Positions 59,805 to 64,000 of a stretch of 64,000 bases of DNA are shown piece after piece. Both the position numbers and the translations under genes were made by a program. Under the pieces are notes generated by a model. It worked only from the letters and a program-made list of their open reading frames with translations, had not been told where the DNA came from and ran no database searches. How positions within the stretch are numbered: position 1 is the stretch's first letter; each line of letters begins with the position of its first letter. Origin of the DNA: Fistulifera solaris (lineage: Eukaryota); NCBI GenBank assembly GCA_030295235.1, contig AP026164.1:1240001-1304000 (forward strand), written 5' to 3'.

Positions 59805-62800
59805 ATGAACAAACTCTCTCCGATCTACACGGCGCTGGAAAATGGCGCTTACAACAAGGCCATTAAACTCTGTCTCGCCCAACCTGCCAATGTCCTCCTT
59901 GCCAAAGCTTTGTTGGCACATGCTTACGGGAAGGCAGGGCAACGATTCAAAGCTCTTCTGGTAGTTCAGGAAATTCTTGGTCAGCAGTATTGCAAGGATT
60001 ACTTTCCAGAACTTCGATTAGAACTTAAATACTCCATAGAGAGTCTTTCGGAAACGACAGCAACCACCACTTCTGCTCCTGTGGCTACCGCTAAAAAAAG
60101 CAGGAAAGAAAGGAAAGAAGAAGGGAGCCACCACACCTTCTACCGGAGAAAACCCGCAGACAGATGCAACGGACGACAGGTGGGATCTCATTGATCGATT
60201 GGATGTGCCACCTCAACTGCCTGAATCGTGGGATCAGGTGCCGCCGCCCTCCGATGCACTGATCGATGAAACGCTGCTCTCGACCTTGTCCATGACAATG
60301 GTGTCGGTGTTGAGACTTCCGTTGACTTGTTATCAAATGTATTGTTGGGCTGCATCCAAAGCGGAAAACGATGAATTCACCGTACGGAAAGCTTATCTTT
60401 CTGGCTTCGCGGTGTTAGTAGCTCCTCAGTATCAGCACATTGCCGGGGCCATTCTAGCAAATATGCAAGTATTGGCACTGCAGCTGGCCCGCATTCAACA
60501 ACAAACATTTGGAATTAGCCAGGCGACTGCGTGGGCAGCGCAAACGGCACTTTGGCAATTGCAGCTCGAGTCGCAGGATCCACAAAAAATGATCCTGTTG
60601 CCGCGCTTGGCGGAGTCATTGGCCAGCAAAGCGGTGTATCAGCAACCCTGCAAGGACCCGTTGACGGCAACGGAAAACTTTTTGCTCTACATACGTACTC
60701 TGGACTATCAGAACAAGTGGGAGGAAAAGCTGAAAGCATTACAAGATAAATTAGATGAGGGGGCCGATCAAATGGTGCCGCCACGACAGACGGTTCTCGA
60801 TATGAAAGCGGATACATTGTTGAAAATGAAACGTTTCAGTGAAGCTCGGGAGGTAATAGAAGAGCTCTTGAGCGTATATCCAGATGATTGGAGGTTTTGG
60901 AAGATACATTTGGAGTGCGTCTTGGGGGAATCAGACGGCGCTGATGTGGATGCAACGGAAAGGTTCGTCGAGACCGTTCTCGAGAAGAATAAGGACAATA
61001 AGTATCCCCTTCGCGGCCCTCGCTTGATACGCCTAGATTTAGTGGAGAAACGGATTAAATTGGAGAACATTAGTGAGGATGAAGCACGCCAAGCAATGTT
61101 GAATGCTATCAAGGCGTACGGCGATGAAATTGGAGGTAGCTGCACGTGCGCATATGCAGACCTCGCTCCTTACTTGGACACTATTCTAACAGGTTCTGAA
61201 ATTGAGTTTGGGAAATCATTGGTGGAATGGGCGAAAGAAAAACAAGTTTCTCCCATCGATGATGATCCGAAGGCATCTCGAATACAACTTCGAAATTATC
61301 TCCTGGGAATGAATGTTTTACACCGAGTCGTGACAGAACACAAAGAATTACTTGAAATAGCACTCCCTCCTTGGCAGGATCTTATTGAAGTCTGGAAAAC
61401 TTTCGAATCAACAGGCGAAAAAGACCAGGCGCAGAAGGAAAGCAGGCCTGCCGACGACCTTATACTTTTGCAGTCCAACAACTACTCTATGATGGTCCGG
61501 ATAGAGAAAGGCTAGTTACAGCCGCATGTCTTCTTGAATCAGCAATACGTTGGTCGCCATACAATGCATATTTGAAGATTTCTGCAATTTTAGTGTACGG
61601 TGCATTGAACTCGGTATCACGGGCGTGGGAACTGGCGAAGGGTCTCCAAATAAAACACATTCAGCATGAATCGTGCGTATTCTTTCTTCTACCACTGTTG
61701 CACGCCGGTGGCCTTTACCGAGAAATGTTGTTTATCTGTCAGGAGATACTTCGGCTTCAACAAACTGCAATTCGCGATGCTAGTGATTTTGCTGCTCGGG
61801 CAATGGAAAATGGCACATGCAGTAAAGCCGAAGAGTTTATAAACTTTCAGAAAAAGCGAATGAACATGTCCTTGACAACTTTGGAAGCAAAGGCTATATT
61901 CTTGATAGCGCAGCTATGTATGTACATGACGATAGGCAAGATGCCCTTGGGGCCATTCAAGGGATAGTCGGTGGAGAATCCGATATCGAAAGAGCAAGTC
62001 AGATGGTAGCAGAAGCTCACAACCCCTTAGGAGCCTTCAGCCTATTAAAGTTCAGAGGTTCCATTGAACACATGTCGATGATTTACTCTGACAATCGGGA
62101 CTTTTCAGTTTTCTCGAATGAAATTCTGCTTAAGCGAACGTTCGCGTCTTCAGAGCAAATTTTAAATGAATGTATGCGTCGCGGACATCATCAACGGTTG
62201 CTCATCACCGCATCTCTGTGTCTTGGAAGCAACCAAAGGTCCCAAAAAGGAAAGATATCTAAGAATACGATCGATCAAGAGAAGTGTTGCAAGAGTCTGT
62301 TATCGACCATTCAATCGGCAGATGCGTTTTCGCTCGACCAAAGGTACAGCTTTATGCTCAAGTCAATGCACGGGCTATGCTTTGCTATTTCTGTGTTTGG
62401 AGCTGGAATTTATCCCGATTCGTCAACTATTGAAGACACATTAGAAAGTAGAGAGGAGAAAATCGTATCGTATCTTTGTGCTGCTGAAAATGACTTGAAT
62501 AATGGTGTCAAAACTTTTCCTTTTGCTTCGAATGTAATATCCGTTGCTGAGGTATGCCGGTTAGTTCCTGATTGCCTTATTCCAATTTTTGCTCTCTTTC
62601 GCATGTGTCTCCGTGCTGCGGAGCTTTACGGGTGGGGTCCTCGAAAACATAAATCGAAACCCTGCGCTTCAGCTGTATTTTCTTTGTACACTACAATTCG
62701 ATTTTTGATTAAGCAAATGAAGGATTGCATTTCAAGGTAAGAATGTTGTCATTCTTTGAATCTTCTCTCGCGAACTAATTTTCACCCGAATTTAAGTTTG

Positions 62801-62977
62801 CCTGATACAACGTTGCACACAGGCGAATTTGATTCAAATCTTCTTTCGGAATTAGCAGACAGAAGGGTCTGCAAGGATACTATAGAACACATTTTTAATG
62901 GGCAGGAGAGCACTCGCTCTCGTGTCAGTATGGTGCTGGACGCTATGATTGAATCTCTGGAATCGCAATGTGAATGA
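59805..62977 (+). CDS. NAA25: NatB auxiliary subunit NAA25/MDM20; intron 62737-62796; several apparent frameshifts (~60095, ~61467, ~61895, ~62222)
   Basis: PIYTALENGAYNKAIKLC start, TPR-like helices, YPDDW, RGPRL and LQIKHIQHES. Confidence 0.82.
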
Positions 62978-63115
62978 TACCAACGTTATTAGTATCAGTT
63001 GATCGCCTTTTCTATTCAATTCTCGTTCTCGGCCTGTTGATCATGTTGGCGTGATTACCGTATTTTATTTGATTAGTATTGACAAGGACAGTCCTATGTT
63101 CTTATGGATCCACAA

Positions 63116-64000
63116 TTAAATAGTTCCTTTGAAGTTCGCAACGCGATGCTCTTTGAGCTCAGTCCTACCTGAAGCTTTACGCTTCAAAGCGGCCTGAGCA
63201 GAAGCAAGTCTTGCAACCGGCACACGGAACGGAGAGCACGAGACGTAGTCCAACCCAACATCATCGAAGAACTCAATTGACGCGGCATCACCTCCATGCT
63301 CACCACAGACAGACAACGAAAGTGAGGGGTTAACAGAACGCCCTTTTGCCGCAGAGAGACGAAGCAGCCATCCCACTCCATCGGCATCAATTGTCTTAAA
63401 TGGGTCCTTTTGAAAATTCCAAGCTCGTTGTATTTGGGTATGAATTCTCCAGCGTCATCTCGCGAGATCCCAAGCGTCATTTGAGTCAAGTCGTTGGTAC
63501 CAAAGGAAAAGAACTTGCAGAGAAAGTCGCCGGTTTCTGGATCTGTGGTTGCAGCAATTTTTTCCGATTGCAACGCAGCGCTGGGTACTTCGATCATGGT
63601 TCCTATTTGATAGCGAAGGTCCTTTTTCCTTTCCTTTTAACCTTCTCAGCGGTGCTCTTTACCAACAGAGCCTGATGCTCAAACTCCCGGACATTTCCAA
63701 CCAAGGGTATCATGATACGAGGGAACGGGTTTGCGCTAGGGTCGACGTCGATGATGTCAGCAGCTGCATTCATAATAGCTTCTACCTGCATCGTTGTCAA
63801 CTCGGGACGACAAATACCCAAACGACAGCCGCGTAAGCCGAGCATAGGGTTTTCTTCGTGCATTTTTTCTATATCGATCTTGAGTTGATGGACATCATCG
63901 TAACCAAGCTCTTTGCCATACTTTCGCTAACTGAAGAGAGCGGTGGAGTAAACTCATGCAACGGAGGATCTAGGAGGCGCACGGTTACAGGATTGTCACC
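63116..64000 (-). CDS. PPDK: Pyruvate, phosphate dikinase, C-terminal part (5' end outside the window; frameshifts ~63410, ~63620, ~63925)
   Basis: [86 protein letters not shown]. Confidence 0.95.

Noticed and set aside
3728..63930. Programmed ribosomal frameshifting or mass pseudogenisation
   Set aside because: There is no common slippery motif or direction, essential genes are affected, and no nonsense decay is seen. Sequencing error is more parsimonious.

Overview
Gene-dense eukaryotic nuclear DNA, almost certainly from a diatom. The evidence is short 60-165 nt GT-AG introns and many bipartite signal-peptide plus 'ASAF'-type plastid leaders. I count about 25 protein genes. Plastid-targeted: probable Tic110, enolase, ABC-F, EF-P, a DUF179 protein and a cofactor-dependent phosphoglycerate mutase. 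Surface or membrane: a DUF285/BspA-like protein, a CREST-superfamily protein, a type-I membrane PDZ protein and a secreted EF-hand/Cys-repeat protein. Others: an uncharacterised Pro-rich regulator-like protein, an HRI1-like protein, a giant SPRY/UBA/MIB-HERC2/HECT E3 ligase, an RBBP9 hydrolase, LENG1-like, FAM210-like, a kinetoplastid-like STT3 with a C-terminal ankyrin-like tail, aspartoacylase, an ankyrin protein, a small hypothetical protein, Hsp110, CYP51, PXMP4, SPF27, NAA25 and the 3' end of PPDK. A roughly 2.0 kb internally deleted PIF/Harbinger transposon (14-bp TIRs, TTA target duplication) sits between SPF27 and NAA25. About 20 apparent frameshifts in otherwise intact conserved genes, many at homopolymer runs, most likely reflect unpolished long-read errors. 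The main leads are: (1) a head-to-head plastid ABC-F/EF-P pair in which EF-P carries a non-canonical QARG loop; (2) linkage of plastid enolase, plastid PGAM and PPDK; (3) the single-subunit-type STT3-ankyrin fusion; (4) a recurrent GTAC/TACCWGGTA palindromic motif concentrated in divergent promoters. All family assignments come from motif recognition by eye, with no database searches.
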